From the NCBI GenBank assembly GCA_963734535.1, contig CAVTHS010000010.1:256001-320000 (forward strand): DNA of 64,000 nucleotides, read 5' to 3'. Made by a program: the position numbers and the translations under genes. Origin of the DNA: an uncultured Chloroflexia bacterium. GTDB taxonomy: Bacteria > Chloroflexota > Limnocylindria > Limnocylindrales > CSP1-4. Positions 19,439-29,608 of this stretch are shown piece after piece. Each line of letters opens with the position of its first letter. The first letter of the stretch is position 1. Below the pieces are notes generated by a model, which made no database searches, had not been told where the DNA came from, and saw nothing but the letters and a program-made list of their open reading frames with translations.

Positions 19439-21286
19439 TCACGGGCGCGCCGACGCGGCGGGCGCCGACGGGGACGGAGCAGGGCGGATCGGCGGGAGGT
19501 CGAGCGTCGTCATCGCGTCGGTCGCAATCCGTCGGAAGAGCTCGAACGACTCGACGGCATTCTCCATGTTTCCGGACACGTTCACGATCGGCCTGCCCTC
19601 GGTGATACGGACGGCCACGACCAGCTCGGGCGCGGTGCGGCCCACGAACCCGACGAACGAGAAGTTGTAGACGTCGGTCCGGAAGCTGCCGGTCTTCGAG
19701 TCCCAGATCTGGGCGGTGCCGGTCTTGCCGCCGACCAGGTAGCCGGGGATGAGCGTCCGGGCCCGGTAGAACGGGACGACGTTCACGACCCGTTCCATGA
19801 TCGCGGTGAGGTCGGCCGAGAGCGCGGGGGTCATGACCCGGCCCCGGTCGGCCGAGGTCGTGGGCGTGTCGCCGGTCTCCTTCACGACGTGGGGGGTCGG
19901 CAGCGTCCCGCCGTTCACCATCGCGCTGTAGGCGGTCGCCAGCTGCAGCAGCGTGACCGCGACTCCCTGGCCGAAGGAGCCGTTCGCGAGGTCGATCTGC
20001 TGCCACGGCTGGACTGCAGGGTCGCGGACGAGGCCGGGCACCTCCCCAGCCACGTCGATCCCGGTGAGCGCGCCGAACCCGAGGCGGGTCCACGCGTCGT
20101 GGAGGACGGTGGCGGCCTGCCGGGTGGTGGTGCCGAGCTTGAGCGCGACCTTCGACATGACCACGTTGCGGGACCACGCAACGGCATCCTGGAACGAAAG
20201 CGTGCCCTTGCTGCCCCGGTCGGCGTTCTGCACCATGGCCCGCCCCCCGTCGAGCCGGAGGACCGCCTGGTCGCTCAGCCTGGTGGTCCGCGTGACGACC
20301 CCCGCCTGGAGCGCCGCGGTGGCGGTCAGCAGCTTGAAGACCGATCCCGGCTCATAGACGCTCGAGACGATCGGGTCGATGAAGCGGGACGGGTCCCTGG
20401 CCGCGATCGCGCCGTAGTCGTTCCCGTCGTAGCTGGGGTACGTCGCCGAGGCCAGGATCTCGCCCGACTTCGGGTCCATGACGACGCCCGAGACGCTCTT
20501 CGCATGATCCGCGACCCAGGCCGCGTAGACCTCCTGCTCCAGCTTGAGCTGGAGGCTCGCGTCGATGGTCAGCGTGACCGACGTCCCCGGCGAGCCGGGC
20601 TGCAGCGTCTGTGCGTTCTCGAGGATCGGCCGGCCCGACCCATCCCGCTGGGCGAGGAGGACCTGCGGGTTGCCTGCCAGCAGATCCTGCCAGCGGCCCT
20701 CGATCCCGTACTGGCCGGTCCCGTCGCGGTTGACGAACCCCAGCAGCTGTGCCGCCAGGGTCGTGCCGGTCGCGCCACCCGCGAGGGGGTAGACACGGAC
20801 CGGCTCCGGCTCCAGGCGGAGCTGGACGAGCGAGCCGTCGGCAAGGCCGGCCTTGATGGCGCTCGACTGGGCCGGCGTCAGGCCATGGGCCAGGACGACG
20901 TAGGCGTTGCCCCCGGCGAGCTTCGCCCGAAGCGCATCGGCGTCGCCGCGTGCCAGGCCGAGGATCGCGGTGAGGCCCGATGCCACGCGCTCGCGCAACG
21001 CGGCGGTGTCGGCGTCGGTCGGGCCGGTCATCTGCGCAGGGAAGGCGGCCAGGAGGTCACGCTCCACGGACGTGGCGAGCACGACCGTCCCGCTCCGGTC
21101 GTAGATCGTCCCGCGCACGGGCGGGACCTCGATGCGCGCCGTCACCTGGTCCCGGGCGCGCGCCACCAGCTCGTCGTGGCGCACGAACTGCCAGTAGCCG
21201 AGCCGCCCGATGCAGGCGACGCCGAAGACGGCCATGAGCACCAGGACGAGCAGGCTTCGCGGGCGGCTGTCGGTCCGGCCGAGCAT
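19439..21286 (-). CDS. ftsI: Class B penicillin-binding protein (FtsI/PBP3-like)
   Basis: RGTIYDR, YEPGSVFK (SxxK), SRN (SxN) and KTGTAQ motifs; N-terminal TM helix. Confidence 0.95.
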   Translation of the reverse strand: MLGRTDSRPRSLLVLVLMAVFGVACIGRLGYWQFVRHDELVARARDQVTARIEVPPVRGTIYDRSGTVVLATSVERDLLAAFPAQMTGPTDADTAALRERVASGLTAILGLARGDADALRAKLAGGNAYVVLAHGLTPAQSSAIKAGLADGSLVQLRLEPEPVRVYPLAGGATGTTLAAQLLGFVNRDGTGQYGIEGRWQDLLAGNPQVLLAQRDGSGRPILENAQTLQPGSPGTSVTLTIDASLQLKLEQEVYAAWVADHAKSVSGVVMDPKSGEILASATYPSYDGNDYGAIAARDPSRFIDPIVSSVYEPGSVFKLLTATAALQAGVVTRTTRLSDQAVLRLDGGRAMVQNADRGSKGTLSFQDAVAWSRNVVMSKVALKLGTTTRQAATVLHDAWTRLGFGALTGIDVAGEVPGLVRDPAVQPWQQIDLANGSFGQGVAVTLLQLATAYSAMVNGGTLPTPHVVKETGDTPTTSADRGRVMTPALSADLTAIMERVVNVVPFYRARTLIPGYLVGGKTGTAQIWDSKTGSFRTDVYNFSFVGFVGRTAPELVVAVRITEGRPIVNVSGNMENAVESFELFRRIATDAMTTLDLPPIRPAPSPSAPAASARP

Positions 21287-21336
21287 CAGGTGCGCAACCT
21301 CGTTCGTTCAGGCGATCGGGCGGTCACCGTTGCCGG

Positions 21337-21762
21337 CTATCGCGCAGGGACGACGAGCGGGTCGACAAGCTGCCCGAGACCCGCGTCGAGGGCGAGCTTC
21401 CGGATGGCCGGTTCGCGCCCGAGGCGCGACAGGTCCGCGATCATGTCGCGTTCGTTCGCCTCGAGCTCCTGGCGCGCCGCGACCAGGCGGTCGACGTCGA
21501 ACTCGGTGGCCGAGACGCTGATGGTCTGGGTGAGCGAGTAGAGCCCGAGCAGGAAGACCACGACGATGCCGACGATCAGGAGCCCGACCCGGCCCTGGCG
21601 ACGGCGCGACCGGACCGCCGAGGCTCCCCGCAGACCGCGTCGCGGAAGGTCGACGGCGCGGTCGGAGCGGATCGTGCCGCGCCTCGTGGCGGGCGTGTCC
21701 TCCCGGCGGCGCGGCGCCAGGACACCGGAACGCGGTCGCGCGCCGGCGTAGCCCGCCATCAC
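21337..21762 (-). CDS. ftsL: FtsL-like bitopic membrane protein
   Basis: Arg-rich cytoplasmic tail, one TM helix, then a coiled coil; canonical position upstream of ftsI. Confidence 0.7.
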   Translation of the reverse strand: MMAGYAGARPRSGVLAPRRREDTPATRRGTIRSDRAVDLPRRGLRGASAVRSRRRQGRVGLLIVGIVVVFLLGLYSLTQTISVSATEFDVDRLVAARQELEANERDMIADLSRLGREPAIRKLALDAGLGQLVDPLVVPAR

Positions 21763-21956
21763 TCCACCCCGAGATAGGCACTGCCGTAGGCCGGCAGCCC
21801 CAGCTCTCGGACGGCAACGTCCATCCCCGCAAACAATTCCTCGCCGAGCTCACGCACCTCGTCGAGCGCGGACCAGGCGCGGTCGCGACGCTCGCGGATC
21901 TCGTGCTCCCGGCGGCCATACGACCTCCGCCGCTGGGTCTGGTGACGCTTGCTCAT
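21759..21956 (-). CDS. Small hypothetical protein (65 aa) inside the dcw operon
   Basis: Strong GGAGGAGG RBS; MSKRHQTQRRRSYGRREHEIRER...; stop overlaps the ftsL start. Confidence 0.65.
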   Translation of the reverse strand: MSKRHQTQRRRSYGRREHEIRERRDRAWSALDEVRELGEELFAGMDVAVRELGLPAYGSAYLGVE

Positions 21957-21993
21957 CGGTGCGAGCCCTCCTCCACCGTGATGCCGGGACGGC

Positions 21994-22938
21994 TCATGCG
22001 GCGAGCCGTTCCGCGGTCCGGAGCCGGGCGCTCCGGGCGCGGGGGTTCGCGGCGACCTCCGCCTCCGAGGGCACCGCCGGCTGGTGGCCGACGGGGCGGA
22101 GACGGGGGGCCCGGCCGCAGACACAGACGGGGAAGCTGGGTGGACAGGTGCAGCCGCGACGCTCGGCCGCGACGAAGCGCTTGACCAGGCGGTCCTCGAG
22201 CGAGTGGTAGGCCAGGACGACCAGCCGACCGCCCGGGCGAAGCAGCCCGACGGCCGCGTCGAGGGCCGCCTCGAGAGCGTCGAGCTCGCCGTTGACGGCG
22301 ATCCGGAGCGCCTGGAAGACGCGCGTGGCGGGGTGGATCCGCCCGGCCCGGCCCGGCCGCCGCGGGACCACCCGCTCGACGAGCGAGGCGAACGTCTCGG
22401 CGGTCGCGACCGGGGCCCCCTCGCGAGCCGCGACGATGGCGCGCGCGATCCGCCGTGCATGGGGCTCCTCGCCGTAGCGCCGGAACAGGTCGCCGAGCTC
22501 TGTCTCGTCCAGCTCGGCGAGGAGCGCCGCGGCCGGCCGCCCGGCGTCGGGGTCGAAGCGCATGTCGAGCGGGCCCTCGGCGCGGAAGCTGAACCCGCGA
22601 TCGGCGTCGCCGAGCTGGAAGGAGCTCAGGCCGAGGTCAAGCAGGATTCCATCGACCGCCCCGAACCCGGCCGCCGGCGCGACGCTCGCGAGATCCCGGA
22701 AGTTCGCCTGCCGGAGGACGAGCCGATCGCCGAAGCGGGCGAGCCGTTCCCCTGTCCGCGCGATCGCGGCGGGGTCGGCGTCGAGCCCGAGGACGCGGCC
22801 GTCCGGGCTGGCGGCCTCCAGGATCCGCTCGGTGTGCCCACCGCCACCGACGGTTCCGTCGACATGAAGACTGCCGGGGCGCGGGGCGAGCATCGTGATG
22901 ACCTCCTCCGCGAGCACCGGCAGGTGCCCAAGCTCCAT
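21994..22938 (-). CDS. rsmH: 16S rRNA m4C1402 methyltransferase
   Basis: HLPVL, DGTVGGGGH, DLGLSSFQL, PLDMR, HPATRVFQALRIAVN, HSLEDR and NPRARSA motifs. Confidence 0.97.
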   Translation of the reverse strand: MELGHLPVLAEEVITMLAPRPGSLHVDGTVGGGGHTERILEAASPDGRVLGLDADPAAIARTGERLARFGDRLVLRQANFRDLASVAPAAGFGAVDGILLDLGLSSFQLGDADRGFSFRAEGPLDMRFDPDAGRPAAALLAELDETELGDLFRRYGEEPHARRIARAIVAAREGAPVATAETFASLVERVVPRRPGRAGRIHPATRVFQALRIAVNGELDALEAALDAAVGLLRPGGRLVVLAYHSLEDRLVKRFVAAERRGCTCPPSFPVCVCGRAPRLRPVGHQPAVPSEAEVAANPRARSARLRTAERLAA

Positions 22939-22999
22939 GTCTACCTCACCGCCGACGAACGGATCCCGAGCGGATCCTGGAAGCGCATGTAGTGCGGCG

Positions 23000-23431
23000 C
23001 TAGATGCCCAGCCCAGCGAGATGCTGTGCGAGCGCGTCCGGCGCCTCGAGCGCCTGCCGGTAGTCGTCCCACCGGCCGGGTGCCCAGATTTCCGCGTGGT
23101 CAAGCGACCCGACGACCGCCGCCTCGCCGTTCAGCCCGGCAGCCTCGCGGAGGTAGGCCGGCAGCACGAAGCGACCCTGCGCGTCGAACTCGATCTCGAC
23201 CGCACTGGCGAAGACGAACCGGCTGAAGGCGCGCGCCCCCGGGTTCTCGACGGTCGGCAGCGCGGCGACCTTGCCGGCCAGGCGCTCCCATCCATCGCGG
23301 GGCCAGATCGCCAGGCAGAGGTCCAGCCAGCGCGAGACGAACGCGCCGCCCGCGAGCTGTGCCCGGAACTTCGAAGGCACGGCAAGCCGTCCCTTCGCGT
23401 CCACCGTGTGCCGGTACTCGCCGGTGAACAA
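23000..23431 (-). CDS. mraZ: Transcriptional regulator MraZ
   Basis: FTGEYRHTVDAKGRLAVP and second DAQGR motif; first gene of the dcw cluster. Confidence 0.96.
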   Translation of the reverse strand: MFTGEYRHTVDAKGRLAVPSKFRAQLAGGAFVSRWLDLCLAIWPRDGWERLAGKVAALPTVENPGARAFSRFVFASAVEIEFDAQGRFVLPAYLREAAGLNGEAAVVGSLDHAEIWAPGRWDDYRQALEAPDALAQHLAGLGI

Positions 23432-23540
23432 CCCGTCCGGGCCCCTCTCTCGGAGACCGGCGTCCGTGGGCCCCATGCCCGTGCAATCGCCGGTACTTCG
23501 CCCGGTGCTCCGGCGGCGGGCCAGGGGCCCCCCTCCGTCG

Positions 23541-23580
23541 CCGGGATTTACCACTTGTCCCCACTCCGTGGGACTTGGTG
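23541..23580 (-). promoter_or_regulatory. Putative MraZ operator (10-bp-spaced GTGG boxes)
   Basis: Minus strand reads ...AAGTCCCACGGA-GTGGGGACAA-GTGGTAAATC: GTGG repeats with a 10-bp period just downstream of the promoter, as known for MraZ sites. Confidence 0.6.
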
Positions 23581-23583
23581 GGC

Positions 23584-23611
23584 ATCATACACCCCGCGAA
23601 ACCCGAGTCAA
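23584..23611 (-). promoter_or_regulatory. Sigma70-type promoter of the dcw operon
   Basis: TTGACT-N16-TATGAT on the minus strand upstream of mraZ. Confidence 0.65.
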
Positions 23612-23737
23612 CGCCGATTCCGCTTCCGGGGGCGCCGAAGGTGGCAGTACGAGTGGCCTCTTGCGGTCGGCTCCCGGCGAGGTGTAGGCTCCGCCGCCGA
23701 ACCAGCTCGTGCCGCAGCCGAGGGCCTCACCCACACC

Positions 23738-24008
23738 ATGACCGCGATGCCCCGCACCGCAGATCCCGGCTTTGCGCCGCCGCGGGGGCGACCCCGCGAT
23801 GCGCCCCCAGCAGCTGGCCGCCGTGCGGATCCGCCGCTGCACGTTCCGTCGGCTGATCGCCGTGGACGGGGCGATCGGACGCGGGTACGACGTGGACTGC
23901 CTCTACCCGGACCGGACGCTTCCGCTCCCCCTGGGCGATCTCCACGCAGCCACGCCGATCTGCAACGCGTGCACGGGGTCGCACATCTTCCGGGCCGACG
24001 AAGACTGA
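23738..24008 (+). CDS. Small Cys-containing hypothetical protein (start uncertain, possible frameshift near 23770)
   Basis: Protein-like frame MRPQQLAAVRIRRCTFRR...VDCLYP...ICNACTGSHIFRADED with four Cys. Confidence 0.6.
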
Positions 24009-24060
24009 CGCCGTTTCCGTCGGGTGGCGACCGACGCCGCTCCCGCCTGACGATGAGGGC

Positions 24061-24412
24061 GCCAGCGAGGCGGCCTATACGCCGGGTTCTGTGCCGGACC
24101 CGGGGGCCCGGCGACGGTCATCCATCTGAGGCCGCCGGTTGCCCGGCGGCTCGTGCGGCCGACCCGAGGGCCCACGGCGGCGCGCCGCTGCCCCGGCGAA
24201 CCGGGACACGCCCTCCTACTTGGCCTTGCTCCGGGTAGAGCTTGCCGCGTTTCACCCCGTCGCCGGTTGCCCGGCGACGGACTCGTCTCTGTGGCGCTTG
24301 TCCTCGCCTCACGGCGGACGGGCGTTACCCGCTACCCTGCGCCTGGGAGCCCGGACGTTCCTCACGCCGGCAGTTCCCCGCCGGCGCGCGACCGTCCAGC
24401 CGCCTCGCTGGC
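24061..24412 (-). ncRNA. rnpB: RNase P RNA (class A)
   Basis: P1 helix GCGAGGCGGC/GCCGCCTCGC; conserved GAGGAACGTCCGGGC, CGCCACAGA, GGTGAAACG, GAGCAAGGCCAA and ACAGAACCCGGCGTA. Confidence 0.95.
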
Positions 24413-24536
24413 CGACGCAGTCTACCCCCGGCGTGAGGGCGGGGCTCAGTCGGGCGGATGTGCGAGCGGCGTCACGGCCGTTTTGGAACACGGCCGCCGC
24501 CAGCACGGCGTGCCGGACATCACGGCACGCCGGCCG

Positions 24537-25928
24537 TCACGGCACCTCGATCTCCAGGCCGTCCCACGCGACCTCGACACCAGCGGGCAGGCGCGTGGCG
24601 AGCGCAGCGTGGCCGAGCTCGTGGTCCAGGTGGGTGAGGTAGGCACGCCGCGGTCGAAGCGCGGCGATGACCTCGAGCGCCTCGCCGACGGTCTGGTGCG
24701 TCGGGTGCGGCTTGTCGCGCAGGGCCGAGATCACCAGGACGTCGAGGTCCCGAAGGAGCGCCATCCCTTCCGGCTCGATCCGCTGCACGTCCGAGCAGTA
24801 CGCGAACCCGCCGGTCCGATACCCGGTGATCGCCCGGTCGACGTGGATCACCGGGACCGGGATGAAGCGCCGCCCGCCGACCAGGAACGGCCCGTCCAGC
24901 GCGACCGGGCGGAGCTGCGGGATTCCGAAGAAGGCGCCCTGCCCGGGACGGAATGCATAGGCGTACCGGGAGACGATGACGGCCAGGTCCTCCGGCGGCG
25001 CGTGGACCGGCAGGTACCCACCGCGCAGCTCATTGAAGCGGCGCAGCTCGTCCAACCCACCGATCGCGTCCTGGTGATCGTGGGTCAGCAGCACGGCGTC
25101 GAGGCGTCGCATGCCCGCCGCGATCGCCTGCCACTTGATGTCGGGACCGCAGTCCACGAGGACCCGCATCTCCCCGAAGGAGAGCAGGGCCGATGCCCGG
25201 TAGCGCCGATCGCGCGGGTCGGCAGACGTGCACACCGGGCACTCGCAGGCGATCCGCGGGATCCCCTGGCTGGTGCCGCTGCCCAGGATGCGGACCACGA
25301 GACGGCCAGGGTCGGGGCCAGCGTCTCCGGGGTCGAAGCCGGCCTCGAGCGCGACCGGGGCGATTGCTCCACCGCCCGGGCCGCCGGTGCCGAGCTTCAT
25401 GTCCATCTGGGTTACCGAGAACGCCGGACCGCCCGATCCTGACGTCGGTCGCCGGACGACGAGGGCCGGCCCGCCGGCCGCCACGCGGTCGAGCGCCTCG
25501 TTCGCCAGCGCATCCGCGGTCGAGTTCTCGCTGCGCGGGACGTGCCGCGCGCTCCAGCGCCGGAAGCGGCGCAGGCCGGCGATCGCCTCGTCGTGGAGCG
25601 GGGCCAGCTTCGCATCCTTGACGCGCCAGCGCCCCTGGATCTGCTCCACCACGAGCTTCGAGTCGAGCAGGAGGAGAACCTCCTCCGCCCCGAGCTCGGC
25701 GGCCAGGTCGAGCGCACGGACCACGGCCGTCCATTCGGCCACGTTGTTGGTCTGGTGTCCCAGCGCCTCGGAGATCGTGGCAAGGGGGGCCGCGCCGGGT
25801 CGCTCCGCACCGGGTCGATCCGCGTCGATCAGGGCCGCCCCCGCGGACGCCGGGCCCGGGTTCCCCCGCGCCGCGCCGTCGGTCCGGATGATCAGCCGGC
25901 GGACGCCGCCGGCCGCGGCTCCGCTCAG
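24537..25928 (-). CDS. RNase HI fused in frame to a PhnP-like metallo-beta-lactamase-fold hydrolase
   Basis: N-terminal TDGAARGNPG, TNNVAE, DSKLVV, HVPR..N..AD.LAN; C-terminal LGSGTSQGIP..CECPVC, THDHQD, YCSD, HPTH, THLDH, AWDG; no stop between the two domains. Confidence 0.8.
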   Translation of the reverse strand: MSGAAAGGVRRLIIRTDGAARGNPGPASAGAALIDADRPGAERPGAAPLATISEALGHQTNNVAEWTAVVRALDLAAELGAEEVLLLLDSKLVVEQIQGRWRVKDAKLAPLHDEAIAGLRRFRRWSARHVPRSENSTADALANEALDRVAAGGPALVVRRPTSGSGGPAFSVTQMDMKLGTGGPGGGAIAPVALEAGFDPGDAGPDPGRLVVRILGSGTSQGIPRIACECPVCTSADPRDRRYRASALLSFGEMRVLVDCGPDIKWQAIAAGMRRLDAVLLTHDHQDAIGGLDELRRFNELRGGYLPVHAPPEDLAVIVSRYAYAFRPGQGAFFGIPQLRPVALDGPFLVGGRRFIPVPVIHVDRAITGYRTGGFAYCSDVQRIEPEGMALLRDLDVLVISALRDKPHPTHQTVGEALEVIAALRPRRAYLTHLDHELGHAALATRLPAGVEVAWDGLEIEVP

Positions 25929-26623
25929 ACCGTGCGCTCCACCACCGCTCGCGAGACCTCGAGGATCGCGCGAGTGATGTTGATGCCGCGCGGGCACGCG
26001 TCGACGCAGTTGAAGATGGTCCGGCAGCGCCAGACGCCGTCCTTGTCGGCGAGGATCTCCAGCCGCTCGTCGCCGGCGTCGTCGCGGGTGTCGAAGATGA
26101 ACCGGTGGGCGTTCACGATCGCGGCCGGGCCAACGTACGACGGTTGCGCCCAGAAGGACGGGCACGCCGTCGTGCAGGCGGCGCACAGGATGCACTTGGT
26201 GGTGTCGTCGTAGCGCGCGCGGTCGGCGGGGCTCTGGCGACGCTCGCGCTCGGGCGGCGGCGTGTCGGCGATGAGGAACGGCATCACGCTTCGGTACTTC
26301 GCGAGGAACCCGTCCATGTCGACGACGAGGTCCTTCATCACCGGGAGGCCGGTCAGCGGCGCGACCGTGATCTTGCGGCCGAGCTGGTCGACCCGGATCT
26401 TGCAGGCAAGCCGGTTCCGCCCGTTGATGAGCATCGCGTCGGAGCCGCAGATGCCGTGCGCGCACGAACGCCGGAAGGTGAGCGTGCCGTCCTGGTCCGC
26501 CTTGACCGAGATCAGCAGGTTGAGGACGCGATCCATCGGCTCGGCGTCGACGCGGTAGGACTCCCAGTGCGGCGCGGCGTCGCGCTCGGGGTCGAACCGG
26601 AGGATGCGAAGGTCGACCTGCAT
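25925..26623 (-). CDS. sdhB: Succinate dehydrogenase iron-sulfur subunit
   Basis: SCAHGICGSD...LAC, CILCAACTTACP and CRTIFNCVDACP cluster motifs. Confidence 0.97.
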   Translation of the reverse strand: MQVDLRILRFDPERDAAPHWESYRVDAEPMDRVLNLLISVKADQDGTLTFRRSCAHGICGSDAMLINGRNRLACKIRVDQLGRKITVAPLTGLPVMKDLVVDMDGFLAKYRSVMPFLIADTPPPERERRQSPADRARYDDTTKCILCAACTTACPSFWAQPSYVGPAAIVNAHRFIFDTRDDAGDERLEILADKDGVWRCRTIFNCVDACPRGINITRAILEVSRAVVERTV

Positions 26624-26639
26624 CACGCGGCTCCCGGGC

Positions 26640-28388
<1,749 letters not shown>

Positions 28389-28399
28389 CCGGGACCTTC

Positions 28400-28789
28400 C
28401 TACTTGACCGGGAACGGGAGGGTCATGACCGCCATCGTCCCCATCAGGAAGAGCGCGATGCCGGTCACGTAGAGCAGCATCGTCAGCGCGGTCCGCGCTC
28501 CGCCCGACGTGTAGTCCTGCACCACGGTCCGCACGCCCATGAAGCTGTGGAGGACCACCATGGTGAGCATCAGCCAGTCGACGGTCCGCCACAGGACGCT
28601 CCCCCAGCGGTCGTCCACGATCCACTGGGCGGTCTGGGTGGCCGGGTCGAAGATGAAGTGCGTGATCGAGAAGTGGCCGAGCGCGAGGACGAACAGGGCG
28701 AGTCCCGACAGGCGCATGAGGTACCAGACGCCGAGCTCGAACCCGCTTCGCTGTGGGCGCGCCCGACCGGCCCGGGTGTAGAGGGCCAT
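28400..28789 (-). CDS. sdhD: Succinate dehydrogenase hydrophobic anchor subunit
   Basis: WYLMRLSG, LGH, HSFMGVRTVVQDY; three TM helices. Confidence 0.9.
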   Translation of the reverse strand: MALYTRAGRARPQRSGFELGVWYLMRLSGLALFVLALGHFSITHFIFDPATQTAQWIVDDRWGSVLWRTVDWLMLTMVVLHSFMGVRTVVQDYTSGGARTALTMLLYVTGIALFLMGTMAVMTLPFPVK

Positions 28790-29160
28790 CACGATGCCCC
28801 TGCCCAGATCGGGCGAAGGATGATGTAGGCCCCCGGCAGGCCGACGATCACGAACACCACCCAGCTCGCATACCAGAGCTGCTTGTGGAAGACGGTCGTG
28901 GCGGGCCAAAAGTCCATCACGATGATCCGCAGGCCGTTGAGCGCGTGGTAGAGGAGAGCCGCGCCCAGGAGGGTCTCCCCCACCCGCCCGACCGGGCTCG
29001 CATAGAGCTTCAGGACCTCGTCGTAGAGACCCCGGTTCGCGCCCACCAGCCAGATGTCGAGGACGTGGAGCAGCACGAACGCCCAGATCGCGACGCCGGA
29101 GATCCGGTGGAATGCCCACGCGAGCATTCCCTCGCCGCCTCGGTACTGCAGGTATCGCAC
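28789..29160 (-). CDS. sdhC: Succinate dehydrogenase cytochrome b subunit
   Basis: YRGGEGMLAWAFHRISG and HALNGLRIIVMDFW motifs. Confidence 0.92.
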   Translation of the reverse strand: MRYLQYRGGEGMLAWAFHRISGVAIWAFVLLHVLDIWLVGANRGLYDEVLKLYASPVGRVGETLLGAALLYHALNGLRIIVMDFWPATTVFHKQLWYASWVVFVIVGLPGAYIILRPIWAGAS

Positions 29161-29314
29161 CGGAAGACTCGCCTCCGTGACCGGCCGGGGGACGCAACCG
29201 ACGCGCAATGGCCGGGCTCGTCCGGGTGGACCCCACGCATTGTACGGGGTCCGGTTGGCGCCGGCCGCGTTGCATGAGCAGGTGGCGCGCACTCCCCCCT
29301 CGGCAACCCCGCGA

Positions 29315-29478
29315 AGCACCCGGGGTGCTGGCAAGGCAGACGCGGGTCGGAAAGCAGCACCCGGGGTGCTGGCACGGCCGACGCAAGGTCGGCGGCATGC
29401 CCGGACAGCAGGCAGGGTGCTGGTAAGGCAGCGGCGGGTCCCGAGAAGGCCGAGATAGCACCCTGGGTGCTGGTAAGT
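29315..29478. repeat. Four interspersed copies of palindrome AGCAC-N5-GTGCT plus GGYAAG tail
   Basis: Copies start at 29315, 29356, 29407 (degenerate) and 29457; periods 41, 51 and 50 bp. Confidence 0.85.
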
Positions 29479-29608
29479 CCGGCCGACGCGCTCGACGCCC
29501 GAGGTTGGGCAGCCGGCCGCGCTCCCAGCGAGCTTCGCCGGGGCCATCGACGCCGGGATCGGGCGAGATTCGGTGCGTACCAGTCGCCCCGCTGCTATTC
29601 GGGACGGA

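Noticed and set aside
29315-29478. Canonical CRISPR array or CIRCE elements
   Set aside because: Only four degenerate units with uneven, partly similar spacers and no cas genes; the inner gap does not match CIRCE. Kept as an unexplained repeat.
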